From Hormiphora californensis (Eukaryota; Animalia; Ctenophora): a stretch of DNA of 64,000 nt. Under the pieces are notes generated by a model. It did no database searches, was not told the DNA's origin, and saw nothing but the letters and a program-made list of their open reading frames with translations. The position numbers were made by a program, and so were the translations under genes. Shown in pieces: positions 17,246 to 31,674 of this stretch. Position 1 is the stretch's first letter. Each line of letters begins with the position of its first letter. Where the stretch lies: NCBI GenBank assembly GCA_020137815.1, contig CM035353.1:1302001-1366000 (forward strand), written 5' to 3'.

Positions 17246-20053
17246 TGATGGCTGTATGTTGGAGTTAGTTGGATTTTATTGCGGTTTCATGGTCATAAGC
17301 TGTTAGGAGAGGGTTTGCTTTTGAAGGTGAGCGATGTTATGTTGCGATGTCGGACTTTACTTTCTCGGGAATTTTGTCGGAGAGTTTGCATACGTTGCAG
17401 GGGGGGCGCGCGTCAGGGGGCTGCAGCGCATTCCAAGGCAGAGAGTCGCGTCGGCGAAAAGTGTGAAGAGAAAAAAATTTTTTTGATTTTTTTTTTTTTT
17501 TTTTTGGACGGGGTGGCGCGCAGTTGAAAATAGTTAATCGCGCGTTTGGTTTTTGCGCGTATTACACCTCGTTCTTGGGGGTTTGTGACCTATCTTAGAG
17601 TTTTCGAGTTGGAGGTCAGGTTTTTGGGGTCAAATTGAAAGACAGTGTTTTATAGAGGTGAAACAGTGATGAATTACATCTCATTGTTAAATATTTTAAT
17701 AAGATTCTTAAAAAAAGTTTTATAAAGATGGATGCCTCTTCAGAAGATAACTCACTACAATCATACCTTTGTACTCTAGTACCATTTAAAACAAGAGTGT
17801 ACCGTTAGAACACGACTTCTCTTATCATTTTGCAACTAGAGCAGTAAGGTCTTGATGACCCTTGCTTGGTCATTCTTATATTGGCACAAAAAAAAAATAC
17901 ACACACGTAGTCCTGGTGACTTGATTTAAAGAATAAATATAGCTAGTCCTGATTGTTAAATACGAAATTTCATAAATAGGGTAACTCGGGGCAGGAATGA
18001 GAGTCCGTTAGGGGGGGGGGGGAGTCTTTACATGTTTGGTTCGTTTTGGTAGAAACATAATTCTCTGATCCTAAACATACCAACGTTCAGGGACTCTGGG
18101 GAGGGTTTTATGGTCGGTACATGGGGTATCTTGTACGTTAAGAAAGTTGCCCTGGTTTGGACTCTTGCTGGGATTAGTGCCTCTACTTCGTTTTGCTTTC
18201 CGCTCGCAATAAACATTTTTCCCACAGTTAGTCTCCCGAAATTTGTTAACGCCTCCTCTGTGGCGGTCATCTTGTCGGGTAGTGGATCCACCCTTATTTC
18301 GCAGTATGCCTCTGTTTCTTTGAATCGGATTACCTTGAAACCTGTGGGAGTAGTTGGTGTTAGCTTCTGTCTGATTATTGACATGGAACTGTTTACTCGA
18401 TATTTGGTGTTTTTCTAACTTGTGCTGTACCTGGTAGGGTTGGCGGTATTCCTCCCGTGAAGAAAATGGCTCCTGCTGTCTCTGATGGGGTAAGGACACA
18501 GTCAATTGGCAGGTCGGTGTGAGTGCTCAGGTCTACTGCTATTCTTTGGGACTCCTGTAGCGTCATTCGTGTCAGGGTGCAGAGGAAGACGCAGCCTCCC
18601 TTGGAGTGTGTTCTGGAGGAGGGGTAGGGGATTGGTGTTAGTTTTGTGGTTTGAGGAGGGGGTACGTTGTCACTAAGTGTTGAGGAGTTGTTAGTTAATA
18701 CAGGGTTCCATTTATGTTCTACTTACGAGTCTCTCGCCTGCTTCATCCTAGCCACCGCGGTAGCTGTTGCTCTTTTCCTTGGGGGCTGCTGCGGTTTGCT
18801 GAATTTTGGCGGCATAGCTAGTCCTATGGGATGGAGGAGATTTGTTAGTAGTTGGTACAACGTGAGTTCTCCTTGTTAAATTGGGCTAGGTTTTAGAGAT
18901 TGTGATTAATCTTACTAGGCCATGGGTGTTTAGAAGTTGTCAAAACGATCTATTAATGGGGAGTAACTGTGGGGGTGGGCATTACTAGGGGCAATTGAGG
19001 TAGTTTGGGCAGTGCAGTATTCGTTTAGAGATGGGTGAGAAGAGCTCTCGTTTAATCAGGCACCTAAGATTTATCAATTAGGGGGGCAGTTGCTGGTGTC
19101 AGATGGACAGATTAGATATTTTAGGGGTAAGCATTACTATGATCCGTTTAAACAAAATCGGGCTAGGTATGAATTTTTAAAGATTTTTTAGGTAGGCAGA
19201 TTGAAGTGTTAACTGGATGTGGAGGAGATCACGCAAAGGATGCAACTGATTTGTAAATGAGATTTCATGAGATTCTCACAGCTTTTATACCAGCGCGCGC
19301 GGTAAATGTTCACACATTAGATGCTGGGTTGATTTATTTTGATCTGTGTGGAGGCCCCGCGCCCTCCTGCAGTCGGTGCGGGGTTAGGTGACATTGAGTG
19401 GCCCCGCTTGTCGCAAGAGGTGCCCTGTCTCCCTTCTTTTTTGCAGTTACCTGTTTTGTTTGTTGTTGAGGCGAGAGCTCCTTATCATGTTTATCGTTGG
19501 CATCTGGCACAAAGTTATACTGAGGGAGTTTTTGGGTTTATTTGCGGACTTAGAAGGGTTGTTGAGTGTGAGAGGGTTTTGGTGTATTACTGTTCTTGGT
19601 TTGGCCGGTTTCTGTTGTTAAGATTAAACCACCAGACAGGTAGAAGTTGGTTAGGAGCACCTATCTTGTCTGGAAGAATAGGTGTATGTGTATGCAGGTG
19701 GGACCTGTTTCGACCTAGCTTGTTAGACCTTATGTATCTGTCCAGGGGCTAGGTGGGCAGAAGGTATAGGGGCCAGTTGAGAATAGATGTCCTCCAGCCT
19801 GGTCTTTTGCTGGGGGACATAAAGGACCGTTTGAAGCCAGACTACTTGGGCCCAATGCACTACTTGGGGAGCTGGTGACAAGACCGGTCGGAGGTATCTC
19901 TTGTCAGAGAAGAGAGGAGTCCCTGAGCGGATTAGAGGAAGGGAAGAGAGCAAAACACACCACCCAAGGAGGGCAGCTCTGTTGCCTTGGAGTGGTGTGT
20001 GAGCTGCTCCAGGCGTTGAGCTTCCTGGTTTTACCCCCCCCGGGTATGCCCGG

Positions 20054-20153
20054 NNNNNNNNNNNNNNNNNNNNNNNNNNNNNNNNNNNNNNNNNNNNNNN
20101 NNNNNNNNNNNNNNNNNNNNNNNNNNNNNNNNNNNNNNNNNNNNNNNNNNNNN
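20054..20153. other. Assembly gap (100 N); second gap at 33859-33958
   Basis: N runs. Confidence 1.
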
Positions 20154-23100
20154 CCGTGCCCCCAAATTAACCCCCCCCCAACCCCCCCCCCCCCCCCACC
20201 TCCAAGTAAGGTTGGAAACTTTGGACAACTATGGAGATTTACCAACACACCAATGTTGCATGGTAACGGAAAATCATTTGCGTTTTGGAGAGGTTTGTAA
20301 ATAATGTTTTTGGGGTATATGTTAGGTTCTCTTATCACTCGCCAGCTTACAATTTGCCGTACAACCTCCCAGACCCCAGTCGACTTCACCTAGCATGTCT
20401 AGTTCTTTGCAAGTTGCCATTTGTCGTTTGGCGATTAGAAGAAGAGAGAGAGTTAGGGAAACGAATTGGAGAGAGAGAGATTCAGAGAGAACAAGAATTA
20501 TTATTGCATTATGTTTCAAAAATTGGTTTTTCCCCTCCCAAACGAAACAAAAAACCGATCACATTCACTGAAAGCACCCGGATGAGATCCTTAAGCGCCC
20601 CCCAAATAGATGATCCCATGCAATGTGATCTGATCGTCGTCCCCACGCAATTTACAATGTTATGTGACACTAAGCGAGGGGAAAATTTTCCACTTCCGCA
20701 GCACCATAAACGGGAGCTTTTAATTTCGATCAGTTTGTTAAAAAGGGAAAACCATTCGGCGCTAGTATCAAGTAGCGGGCCATGGGAAAAGGGGAGGGTG
20801 TTAAAATAGCTGCAAAGAGCGCCGCGCGCGAAATCTTGAGCGCGCGCCACCGTCCTTTTGTTAATACTTTGCGGGACGCTTTCAAAAAGGGACGGTTTTA
20901 TGTGCGCGGGCCGTAAAGGGGCCAGACGGAGGGGACGGACATTTTGTTAACTACCGATCTGTTGTTTTAACCCTTATGATTTTTTAACGTGGTGCAAAAA
21001 CTTCCCGGGGATTGCCTTCGGCAATCACCCGGGCAGGGAAAAAATACAATAAAGTTGGAGAGAGATTCAGAGAGAAAGATACAATAGAATTAGAGAGAGA
21101 AAGAAAGTTCCGGAAGCCCAATAACCAGTACTGCTGTAGCTTGATAAGAGTGCTCAGATAAGTCATATTCCGTTATAGGATCACATTTCCTTTGTCAGAT
21201 CATGTTATAGCTTAGTGGTTTTGTAACTTGCTCCCAGCTTGGTTTTATATATGACACCCTTATGGCCTGCATGATTTCTTAGGTGCAGTTGTCTGGAAAA
21301 AAAATTTTTTGGCAAATAGAGATTGCGAAAATGTATCCTTCTTATCGCCTTTCTTCTTTTTGTGGTTAAGATCGTTTTTTCATCTTTTTAGTAAGAAAAT
21401 TTAAATAGTTTACTATAGTAGTATGTAGTAGTATATTATTTTTGTGGTAGTACTGTCATTAAATTTAAACAAAATCATGCAAACGCTCAACCCGAACTAA
21501 AGTTGTTATTAAACAGGAATAATCAAGGAATAATCCAGTTTTTAGCAAAAAACGCCGAGAGGGGGTGGCCAACCCGGGGATTGGGGGATGGAATCACGTG
21601 TCATTATCCATGGTCCCGTCTGCAATGTGGTGGCACCGGCGGATTTTATTCCATACCACGTGGGTGGGGCTGTAGGTCTTTCAGTCCGGTATGAAAAAAA
21701 AAATATTTTCTCTCTATTCCTCTTTTCTTTCTCTTTCTCTTCTTTCTCTTTCTCTCTCTTCTTTCTTTTAAAACCCTTTTTTACTTAACCCCAGCGCGGT
21801 ATAGTTTGGTTTATGGTGATTTCATGTTTGAGACTCTCCAAGTAGAGAATGAGAGGGAGAGGGAAGGACAACCCTTGGCCGCTATTCAACATTCTGTGAT
21901 TGCCTGCTGCTCCCCTGAGTTGCATGTTTTGGCGGTTCAAATAAGTTCTCTTTTTGACCCAGCTAGACCGAGAAGTTGAAAGGTATTAAGTGAGAGGCCC
22001 ATGCATGGTCCATACAATGTATTAACACTGCGTTTAAAACAAAAGTGCAATTGATATCACTGCACTGTTTGACCACTCATGTTTCCTCTTTAATGGCTCG
22101 CTCTGATCACGTTTCAATGTTCTGTGAAATGCTGGTAATGTTTGGCCAGAACCTGCACATGAATTGGTAGTACCAGGCCTAGTCTATAATTGTCACTGCT
22201 ACCTTTTTACCGCCCCACTTCCTACCACATATAGTTGTTTTAGTTCACAGATAGAATCGGGGATTGAGAGCTGTTGGTGGGAAGTGAACAAGTAGTTGTT
22301 TTAGTTCCATGGTTGTATGTATGCAGGTGATCCCTTGCTGCCCCCCCCCCCCCTCTTGCGGCCCCCCCCCCTCTTGTGTACACAAGAGTACCACCCTCCT
22401 CCTCTCAACTTTTTCCGGGAGAGTCCTGATATCTTCTCCTCCCCCTCTCTATCTCTCTCTCCCTCTCGATGAATTGGTTTAATTTGTGTACTACCATCTT
22501 CTCTTTTCTCTACTTCGCTAGCTGAATACAATATATGCATGATCTATACGTTTCTTATCACGTAGTAACTCAGGCATGTTCCTGTTCCATTTTCTTGCTT
22601 TCTGAATGACTGAAATGTTCCTCTTTCCCAAAAGTCCCTACTTTCCACGGCAGCTTTTCACCAGGGCGTATAAAGAAACCGACAAAGCTCCAGCTTCTAT
22701 TAGCTGTATAGGCCCTACCCGGTCATTCAGTCAATCACTTAAACTGTCATCATGCACAGAGATGGGGGAGAGAAAAGAGAGAGAGGGGAGAGAGAAACCA
22801 TTGATAGAATGTCTAATTAATTTTCACATGGTACACGGCCCATAGCTATACTTCCCTCTATCTACCCTCCAAGCAGTTCATTCCAGCTGTCAAAAGGCCA
22901 TTAATAGTACCACGTGACTTGACGCCAATTCATGCGTCTTACTATTATACTCCCAATTCTCTTTCCATCTGGCTTCTATGTGTGTGTGTTAACTGCATGT
23001 GGGAATGATCGAGATGAGTTTCACATGTCCACTGTGTGAGTGCTTCTCATATGATATGATGTTTTGAGTTTCTCTGCACACACACGACACGTCTCTGTAA

Positions 23101-24685
23101 GATACTTGTTAGGTAGTAGTTCAATCATCTGGTGCCCTTCCCCGGCCCCGAATGCATTTGCATTTCAATCAGCTGATGCCCTGCATTTGTACAGTTGTCC
23201 TTCTAGACTTCTAGACCTTTTATTGATCGACCCTGTCTCCCTTTATCTGCAGTGTGAGCTATACAATGTATCCCGGCACCCCGGTTAATAGAACATAACA
23301 CGTTTTCAACTTTCTCTGTTTCGTTGGATATTTGAACCTGACCATTCTTCAACAGGTCATCAGTCTCGGGCATACTGCCACATAGACACAGAACCATGGG
23401 CCTCTCTCTATCTCTCTATCTATCTCTCTATCTCTCACATTGAAGGCCGCACACGAATCCGTGTACTATTGTACATGGTTAACCGCAGCTTGTCCCCTAT
23501 AACTCTTTGCGTTTAGTAAGCATCTTGATTGAAGCGCTCTGATTGGTGGACGGCTGTCACGTGGTATGAAATGGAGCGCTCTGATTGGTCATCACAGCTT
23601 TGTGTGTAAAGGGGTGAAACCTGCCCTAGTGCATGGTGAACTGGCCCTACAAATCCCTATTTCTCTTGTTCAACTTCTCAGTGAGCTATTATCTTTGACA
23701 CAAACACACCGTCCTCCCCTGTCATATTCACAAATATTCAACATGGAATATTCTGGTGTGACGTCACAAAATGCTGCTCCTTCATAAACAAATTCCTCTC
23801 TCTCTCTCTCTGGAATGTAGGGGCTAGACGTGTGTGGCACACATGGTTTCCAATATTTGACATTTGTCTAGGTATCGGATTTTTATCCATGTTTTGTGCT
23901 AGAAATCTTTGCTGATTAGGTTACCTTGATTTGTACCTTATCAGCGTTATCAAGGACGTGTGGTTTTCAGTACCATCTGCTAGAGATCATCACTATAGCT
24001 GTAGAACTGAGAGAGGATCGTGTCAGTTTGAGAATACTAAGCTGTGTGTATTAACTACTCGGATATCAGATATATCGGGTGTTTTCTAGCAAGGTCACCC
24101 ATATCTTGCGGCCGTACCTCGTTAGCGGACAGTGTGTGAACTACGGTTAATTGGTGTTTCGTTCTCAAACAACTCTGTCACTCAATCACTGTCACCCAAT
24201 CTTGTATACCACACACAGTAAACCACAACTGTCACCCAAGTCCCAAGATCATGATCATGGGTGTGTTGAAGGTAGCCCCCTACCCCGGCTTTAATCAGCT
24301 GGCTATATGACCATACTATGTTGTGTGTGATATCTTTGTTGGAATTACTTGATAGTCTCGGAGATTGAGCTCCTGTCTTCAGCTCCTGCTTTGCCCCTCC
24401 CTACTACTCTTTGGACAAATTGATTTGTTTTACATTGCCTTCCGCCTTGAAGTTATGCTTGAGAATCAAGAAAGTAGTTTACCTGCTTGCCTCCCTTACA
24501 AATTGCCAGGTATAGTGTGTGATTGGTGTGATTGGTGTGATTGGTGTTATTGTTTAGTCACCACCCCGCTCACCACCACACGATATCGTGATTTAAACGG
24601 TGAAAAGAGCCTTTAGAGTGAGACCTTTGGTGGCCAGCCATGTTATAGTCAGGTCCATTGTTGATTTTGATAAAGCATGCTGTGA

Positions 24686-24732
<47 letters not shown>

Positions 24733-24902
24733 CTCTCTCTCTCTCTCTCCCTCCCTCTCTCTCTCTGTCCCTCTCTGTCCAACAAAGATAGATATTACTT
24801 TTTGCTGACCAGCTTGAGAAACATGCTATCATCGACAATCCTAGTTTTTCCCATTAGCTGATCTTAAGTATAGTAACATGAGTGACATCACATGTCGTGC
24901 CG

Positions 24903-24992
24903 AGTAAACAACCAATCAGGACTCGTTATTTAGGTCACGTGACTGGTTATCAGCCAATCAGGGACCAGTATTTCCTGATTCGGTCGGTTCCT
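24903..24992. mobile_element. Truncated hAT MITE copy (opposite orientation)
   Basis: AACCAATCAG..GTCACGTGAC..TTCGGTCGGTTCCT; flanked by a 34-bp duplication. Confidence 0.85.
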
Positions 24993-25631
24993 AAGTAGTA
25001 ACATGTGTGACATCACATGTCGTGCCGAGGGGCTGGCCTACTAAAGGACGCAGAAGTGGCCCAAACTCTCATACACAATAGCTAATTCTCTGCAGTTTGC
25101 TGTCGGGAAAAGTTGTTCATGTTGTCTTCGCGCGTCAGAGGGAGAGAGAGAGAATGGGAGTTGGTTGACAAATTGAATTGTTTCGTGCACGCGTATGATC
25201 TATACACCCTGTCAGACCCCGTGAACTACCATGTCTCACAGAGAAGCCTGCATGTCTTCTATAGCGATACTCTGTAGTGTGAATCGTCTTATATCCGGGT
25301 CATTAAATGCGTGTCGGTCATACCGACAACCGTGTAAAGTGCTCATCGACAATGTTCTATCAGATCCGTTCTGAAGTAGCTGCACTTTCCTCTCTCTTCT
25401 TCTTATAGCCTACATGTTTCCTTCTTCACTTTACCATCAGCTCTATATATTGATCAATGTTGTCTCTGAGTATCATTGTTTACTGCATTACAACTCATGT
25501 TTCTTGTTACTGTTGACACGTTACAACTCGTGTTTCTTGTTACTGTTACAACTCGTGTTACTGTTGACACGTTACAACTCGTGTTTCTTGTTACTGTTAC
25601 AACTCGTGTTTTTCTTGTTACTGTTGTTCGA

Positions 25632-26357
25632 ATGCGGAAAGCTAAAGCTCTCATTCAGAAGGCTCGAAGGAGGAGCAGTAATACTGACCCTACTGATGAG
25701 GCCCCATTCTTTGCTGATGGTGTTGAAGTATCTGGTGATGAAGATGTTTTCTCAACAAACACTCGCCGCCGTAGCATATCCTCTATCTCACGATCTAGAC
25801 GAATTAAGACTCATGGTGCTCCTTCATCAAACAATGCATCGTTAGTCCGAGGGAGGAGGCCAGTTGTACCACCAAAACCGCCTGTAAAGATGAACCCGTC
25901 CCGTCAATGGAGAACTCTAGAGCAGCCTCGTGATCGGGGTGACCGGCCTAAACCTCTAGTAGGAGGGTCTCTAGACCGCGGTATTCGGGTCGCTCGATCG
26001 AGTAATCTGGCACCATACAGGAGATCAATTAGAGGTGCAGGTGTAAAGAGGCATGCCTGGCACTATGAATACTCGTCTCCCATTCTGTCAGAGATGTCAC
26101 AGGAAAGTTCACAGCAGTCCACTGACAGTAGGGTGGTACAAGACCATGAACCCCTATCAAACGAGGGGGGTAGCACAATGGGGCCTGTTCCAGAACCCTC
26201 CAGATCATGGGATACCCACCAGTCCCGAGAGAGAGTGATCTCTAGCATGACCGAACCAACAGTAGACACGACGCGATCAACATTCTTACTCTTGCAGCCC
26301 GTGTTTGCATCCATGGACCGCCGCAAACGCCGCACCAAATCACCACCAAGTATACCA
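25632..26357 (+). CDS. Putative alternative first coding exon (MRKAKALIQK...SPPSIP)
   Basis: 242 open codons from ATG to a phase-0 donor CCA|GTAAGC. Confidence 0.65.
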
Positions 26358-27011
26358 GTAAGCTGTGTGTTGGAAATGATTTCCATGAATTCCCAATAAG
26401 TTTGAAGGGTTTAAAATATTGAGATCAGTAAATGTATCATTGGTGCCAGCCAGACTCTCGATCAATAAAATCTTTGATTGGTTAGTTAACTAACTGATTT
26501 TATACCATGCAACCTTTTAAGGCTTTGACATATCGATAGCGCCCTCTCTCTCTCTCTCTCTCTCGCCCATCTCTCGCCCATTTTAAGTTTCGATCTAGTA
26601 GGCGCCACACACGTCACAACAAACTTCCCACGGCATCACATTTAATTATGGCATATGATCTAATAAACTCACTACATAGTTTCAACATAATTCATGACAA
26701 GCTTCTGTAATAACAGCCTTTTCACAACATTCTCCATACTTTATAGGGGTTCTTAATTCTCGCTGCTACTTAGTAGTATAGAATTAGTAGCTGAAAGAAG
26801 GGAGAGAGAGTTGTTTCCGTGTCTGAGAGAGAGAGCGAGAGATAGAAAGCGAGAGAGAGAGAGAGAGATAGATAGTTGGGGGTTGTTTGAGCTAAATTAC
26901 AGTGAGATACCTGTCCACCCCTCAGAACGTGAGCTGGATATTATAATTAGCACCTACTGAGTAGCCTAGCTATTTAATAGCAGCACATAATATGGGATAT
27001 ATGCGTGTCTC

Positions 27012-27078
<67 letters not shown>

Positions 27079-28761
27079 AAAAATAAGAAAATTCATCCAG
27101 TCATGTCGCCTTTAAAATGATATATGACAAATCAGCTGAAATCTGAATTAGATAAAAATGTCCCATGCCGTACTGCTGCTGCAGAGATCAAATGAAATGA
27201 AAAGATCGAATCTGTAAAACAACTTGTTTGGATTTGGATATACGATTATGTGATGATTTTCTGCTGGTACAGTCTAACTCTCTGAATCACCAACCAATTA
27301 GTTTGACCTTGAATAATATTATTTTGTTTCCATCTGAATAATATCATATCGATGCTCTCTCGTGTGATATGATACTTTTCATGCCCTAAAACGCAGTGGT
27401 TACCCCAAAACGATCCCTCTACTAAATATTACTAGCTCAGTCAGACGGTGGTTACATTGATGCAGTAAAACTGAATAGTTAAGGAGTCGAGCAGTATTGA
27501 TATTTAAGGAGTCGAGCAACCATCTCGGTTGGAGGTTTAGATATATTTTTAGTAACATGTCAACCGATAGCAAATATTATGTTCCCTATATTTCTCTGAC
27601 AGCTCTATAATTCTCTCTCCCTATCTCGGATTACCAAATTCCCAGTAGCTAATAAGGTGGGGTAGGGAACACTTCCGGTTTATATCCCTCCCCTCCCCCA
27701 ATATATACCAGCACCCATTCTATCCAATTATAGATTATGTTCTTGTTGGGTTTGTCGCTATAGTGCAGTGATACCAGTATATTTGCCGTTTGAAGTTGTT
27801 GAGTAATAAGCTCCTTACTCAACAAGTTTGCAGCTATAATCTGAACTGCCTGAGTTACAGTCGAATACAAGTTTTACATCCATGATATAATATGAGTTCG
27901 GATGAATTCGATACAGTCCTTTGATGACCTCACACACGTGATCCCCTACTCCCTAGCTCTATGACATAAACTATAGAAAGTGATATTATTTTCCACACAT
28001 ATCGTATTATTATCCCCTATGATACCCCCAGCAGCCTATGACATGCTATAATAGTGACTTCATCCATTACATACGGGGTATGTGCAGCAGGGTGCGGTAT
28101 GATTTGGTGAGCAGATTGGGGCGAGCTAGGAATCAGATTGTGTGATCACAATATATGATGTTTCAGATACTTGTCTCTCCATAGGAGTCTCCCCCATCAG
28201 TTTGTCGTAGGAGACGCTCATCATGTTTCATGGGCTCCACCCCACCTCCCCCCCCCCCACCTCCACCCCATTCCCCACCTCCCCAGACAATGCTAATCTC
28301 ATTATTATGCTTTGCCCCTCCCTCGGTCCCCCACTTGTTGTAACATCTCAAACCTAAGGTGCTTACTTTGGTTTTTCTCGCCTCCGTGCCTCTGGTTTCA
28401 CCCCCGCGTGGCTGACTAACTGTGGTTATAATGTTCTGAGACCTGCGATGTGGCATTGATTCGGTGTGGTTTGTCTGATTGGGTAAATTGTTATGAAAGA
28501 CATCTGTCACTCCCAGATTGTTTTTGTTTTGTCCCTAATTATGGGCACTTATTGTATAATATCAGCTCTCTAATTCTCACTCCCTCCTTTCCACTTTAAT
28601 TCTCCCTCCCTTCTCTCACTCTCTAATTCTCCCTCCCTTCTCTCACTCTCCCTCCCCATGCTTGTGGAACAGGTGTGGTCCCAGGTGGGAGTAACATTGA
28701 AATGAGATACGGATCTCGATCTCACAGGGCAGCTGATGCGAGGGCCCTCCTCTCTGCCGTT

Positions 28762-31293
28762 CTATTCTGAGATAGTTCTAGTCTTTGTAGTTGGCCCCGC
28801 TCTATCTAGTAGAAATAGAAATAGAAAACAAAAACAGAAATTGAAGCCGAAATAACCGACTGTAGCCTTCTGTGTCCAAATAAGAAGAGACCCAAAAAAC
28901 AAAGATCGTACATGTGACCACCGGGCAAGCATCGTACACACATCGCGAAACCCAGGGATTTGCGAGCATGCACGTAACCGGCCCCCTGTAGGGTGGTCAT
29001 ATGTACGGTCAAGACCCACACACACGCCCTCAAACGGAAGTTCATAGTTCTATATTGAGTGATTAATCTGATACCCATGAATCTCTCAGAAGTTTGCAGT
29101 TCTTGAGGAATCGGTTAACGTGGCTGCAGTGGTGTTTAGAGAATACTGTGGAGAAGTCCTTTTCTGCGATGGCGGATCTTAGTGATTCAGGGAGGGTGTC
29201 TCGGATGTGGGAGTATGCCGGACATGTAGTGATGACATGTTCCTCGTTTTCAAGTATTGTTTCAGGGAACGGGAGGTGGTCAAGTAGCCGTCGGTTCAGG
29301 TCATCACAGCAAAATCTACAGAATTTAGGCTGGTTAGATTGTGAGTATCTCGAGGTCTCGATTCTGAGATCGTGGGCACTGACTCGGATTTTGCTAACCT
29401 CCTTTCTGTCGGCTCTTTTTATGTTCAGATAATCCTCGAAGCCGTAGCCTGATTTAACCGAATTGTAGAAGCGCATTTTTGACTGGTTTCGGCGATGTGA
29501 TTCCCAGTGGGTAACCATCTGATGTTCCATGGTTTGCCTTACAGGGTCCGTATCACTATGGAGTTTGTTCCAGAAGGTGTACCAGTCTAGCTGCAAGGTT
29601 TTCTGCTCCTTCGCTGCGAGTCCTAGGAGTGAGTCGTCCTCGCCACACTTAGACATGACCCTGGCGAAGTAATGGAGGCATTGGTTCAGAACAGTGATGG
29701 AAATTGGTGCTCTCCCAGTCTCACCATAGCAAGCGGTATTTGTGCTTTTTTTATGCACCCCAAGTACCCATTTGATGAATTTGAGTTGCACTTTTTCGAA
29801 AGGGTCCGCGGTTATCCGCTTCATGTATGTTTCACCGTTAGTTGACTGACAGTGGAGAACCTTTGCAGATTCTGAGTACGGAAGCCATATTGGACAACCG
29901 TATGTGATGATGGGGGTTATCAGAGGCGTCGAAGAGCTTAAAGGCTGCCCAAGCGGAGAGGGCGTCACCGTTCACCGTTTTCCTCAGAAGAAATACTGCT
30001 TTACTCCCTTTGGTGGAGAGGTTAGTAATTGCCGCCTTCATACTTCCGCTGGCAGAGAATACAATTCCCAGATAGGTGTACTCTTTTACCGAATCAAGTG
30101 ATTTGCCGAGTAGCTGGAAGCCATGGCTATCTTTCAGAACTCTGCCGGAGGGATTGAAGACTAGGATCTTAGTCTTTTCTGTATTTATCTCTAGCTCCCA
30201 GGTGGTAGCGTAATCTCCCAAGATAGCAAGGAGGCTGTCCATCGAGCCGCTATCGAGTGCTAGCAACACAATAGTCATCGGCCCACAATAGGTGGTTGAC
30301 ATCACAGCCTCCTAGTACTGGAAATAGTCCTTTCGAGCTATTTAAGAGTTGGGACATTTCGTCAAGGAACATCTTGAAAAACTCAGGGCTAAGGGGGTGT
30401 CCTTGTTCGGTTCCGATCCTTACAAGGAATGACTGGGATATCATACCGCTCAGTTTTATTGATGTTCTGGAGTTGCAGTACATGTCCGAGATACTGGCGA
30501 AGAACCCACCACATATACCCATATGATCTAGCTTCTTGAGTAAGGCGATCCTACAGACCGAGTCAAAGGCTTTACGGTAGTCGACGAAGCAAGCAAAAAC
30601 TCGCTGTTTCTTCTTCTTCAAGTATTTCTCCAGGATCGTTTTCAGTACCAGTGTATGATCATTTGTTTGTCCACCTTTCGCGAATCCCTGTTGGTTTGGG
30701 GTATCGGGACATACTTTAGCCCGGAACAAAGTAAGCCTGTTCAGGAGAATACTGCTATAAAGCTTTCCAATGCAGCTTCCCAGGGTTATCGCCCGGTAAT
30801 TGTCAGGGTTAGCTGTTGATCCCTTTTTGTGAATTACTGTTGTCAGGGACGTGTTCCACGGGTAGCACCCGATAGTGAGGCATCCGTTAAACAGTTTAAG
30901 TAACAACTGTTTAAGATCAAAAGATGAGGATCGTAGCATTTCATTGGCTACTTGATCTAGGGATGGACTTTTCCCGTTCTTGAGGTCTTTGATAGTGTCA
31001 GATAGCTCATCCATGGAGATTGGATGAGAGAGCTCGTCGGCGATTGACTTTTCCGGGATGTACGGTGCTGTCTCCGGCGTGGGGTGTTCGTCTGGTGACT
31101 TGTCACATTTGGAGTCGTACAGACCCTTGAAGAAAGTGTAGAAGATGTGGAGGTCCTCAACGTCAAAGTTTATCACGTTGGTTGATTCTGCTTTGAGCCT
31201 CTTTAACCCAGACCAGTTGAGCTGGTGGGTATCAAGGTGACTAATCTTCTTATTCAGCCGCCAGAGGTACCCGTTTTTCTTCCTTCGGGTGAG
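28762..31293 (-). mobile_element. 5'-truncated CR1/L2-group (Crack/Daphne-like) LINE with two frameshifts in ORF2
   Basis: KSPSLDQV, DNYRAITL, FVDYRKAFDSV, GTEQGHPLSP, LLWADD, YTYLGIVF, YGETGR, RVSAHDLRIETSRY, CRFC, HVITTCP across ORFs 30250-31176, 29838-30305 and 29063-29968. Boundaries are approximate. Confidence 0.88.
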
Positions 31294-31621
31294 GTTACGG
31301 TTGGACTAGTTGGACCTGGGTGGTGGTGGCCCTTCATGTTGTAGTAGCTAGGTCATCAGTCATCTAGCTAGATCTAAAGTGAGTGAGATCTGTATGAAGT
31401 CATGTGCCATCTATAGATATCTGCCGTTCCTTCTCGTGTATCAGTTCGAGTGCGGGGGAGAGAGAGAGAAGGGCGGGGGGCAACTTGCTCACCACATCTC
31501 TACACAGCATGTGAATCTCTTTGTATCGTGGGGCGGGCTGAACAGTTGTTGTGAATCTAGTGATGTTGTTTCCTTTTTAAGAGGGGGAGCGTGGTGAAAT
31601 TAAGATCAGCACATGTCTCTT

Positions 31622-31674
<53 letters not shown>

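Larger units (their letters stand above)
11710..20053 (-). mobile_element. Non-LTR retrotransposon, LOA/Lian-like (I/R1 group) with RNase H; 5' end runs into the N gap
   Basis: (CAA)n tail at 11710-11727, ~590-bp 3' UTR, ORF2 with APE-RT-RNase H-Zn finger, and degraded ORF1 fragments at ~17280-17400 and ~18030-18820. Confidence 0.88.

Noticed and set aside
17400-19340. Two further insertions in LINE ORF1 as defined transposons
   Set aside because: No convincing TIRs or TSDs, and sequence quality is poor.
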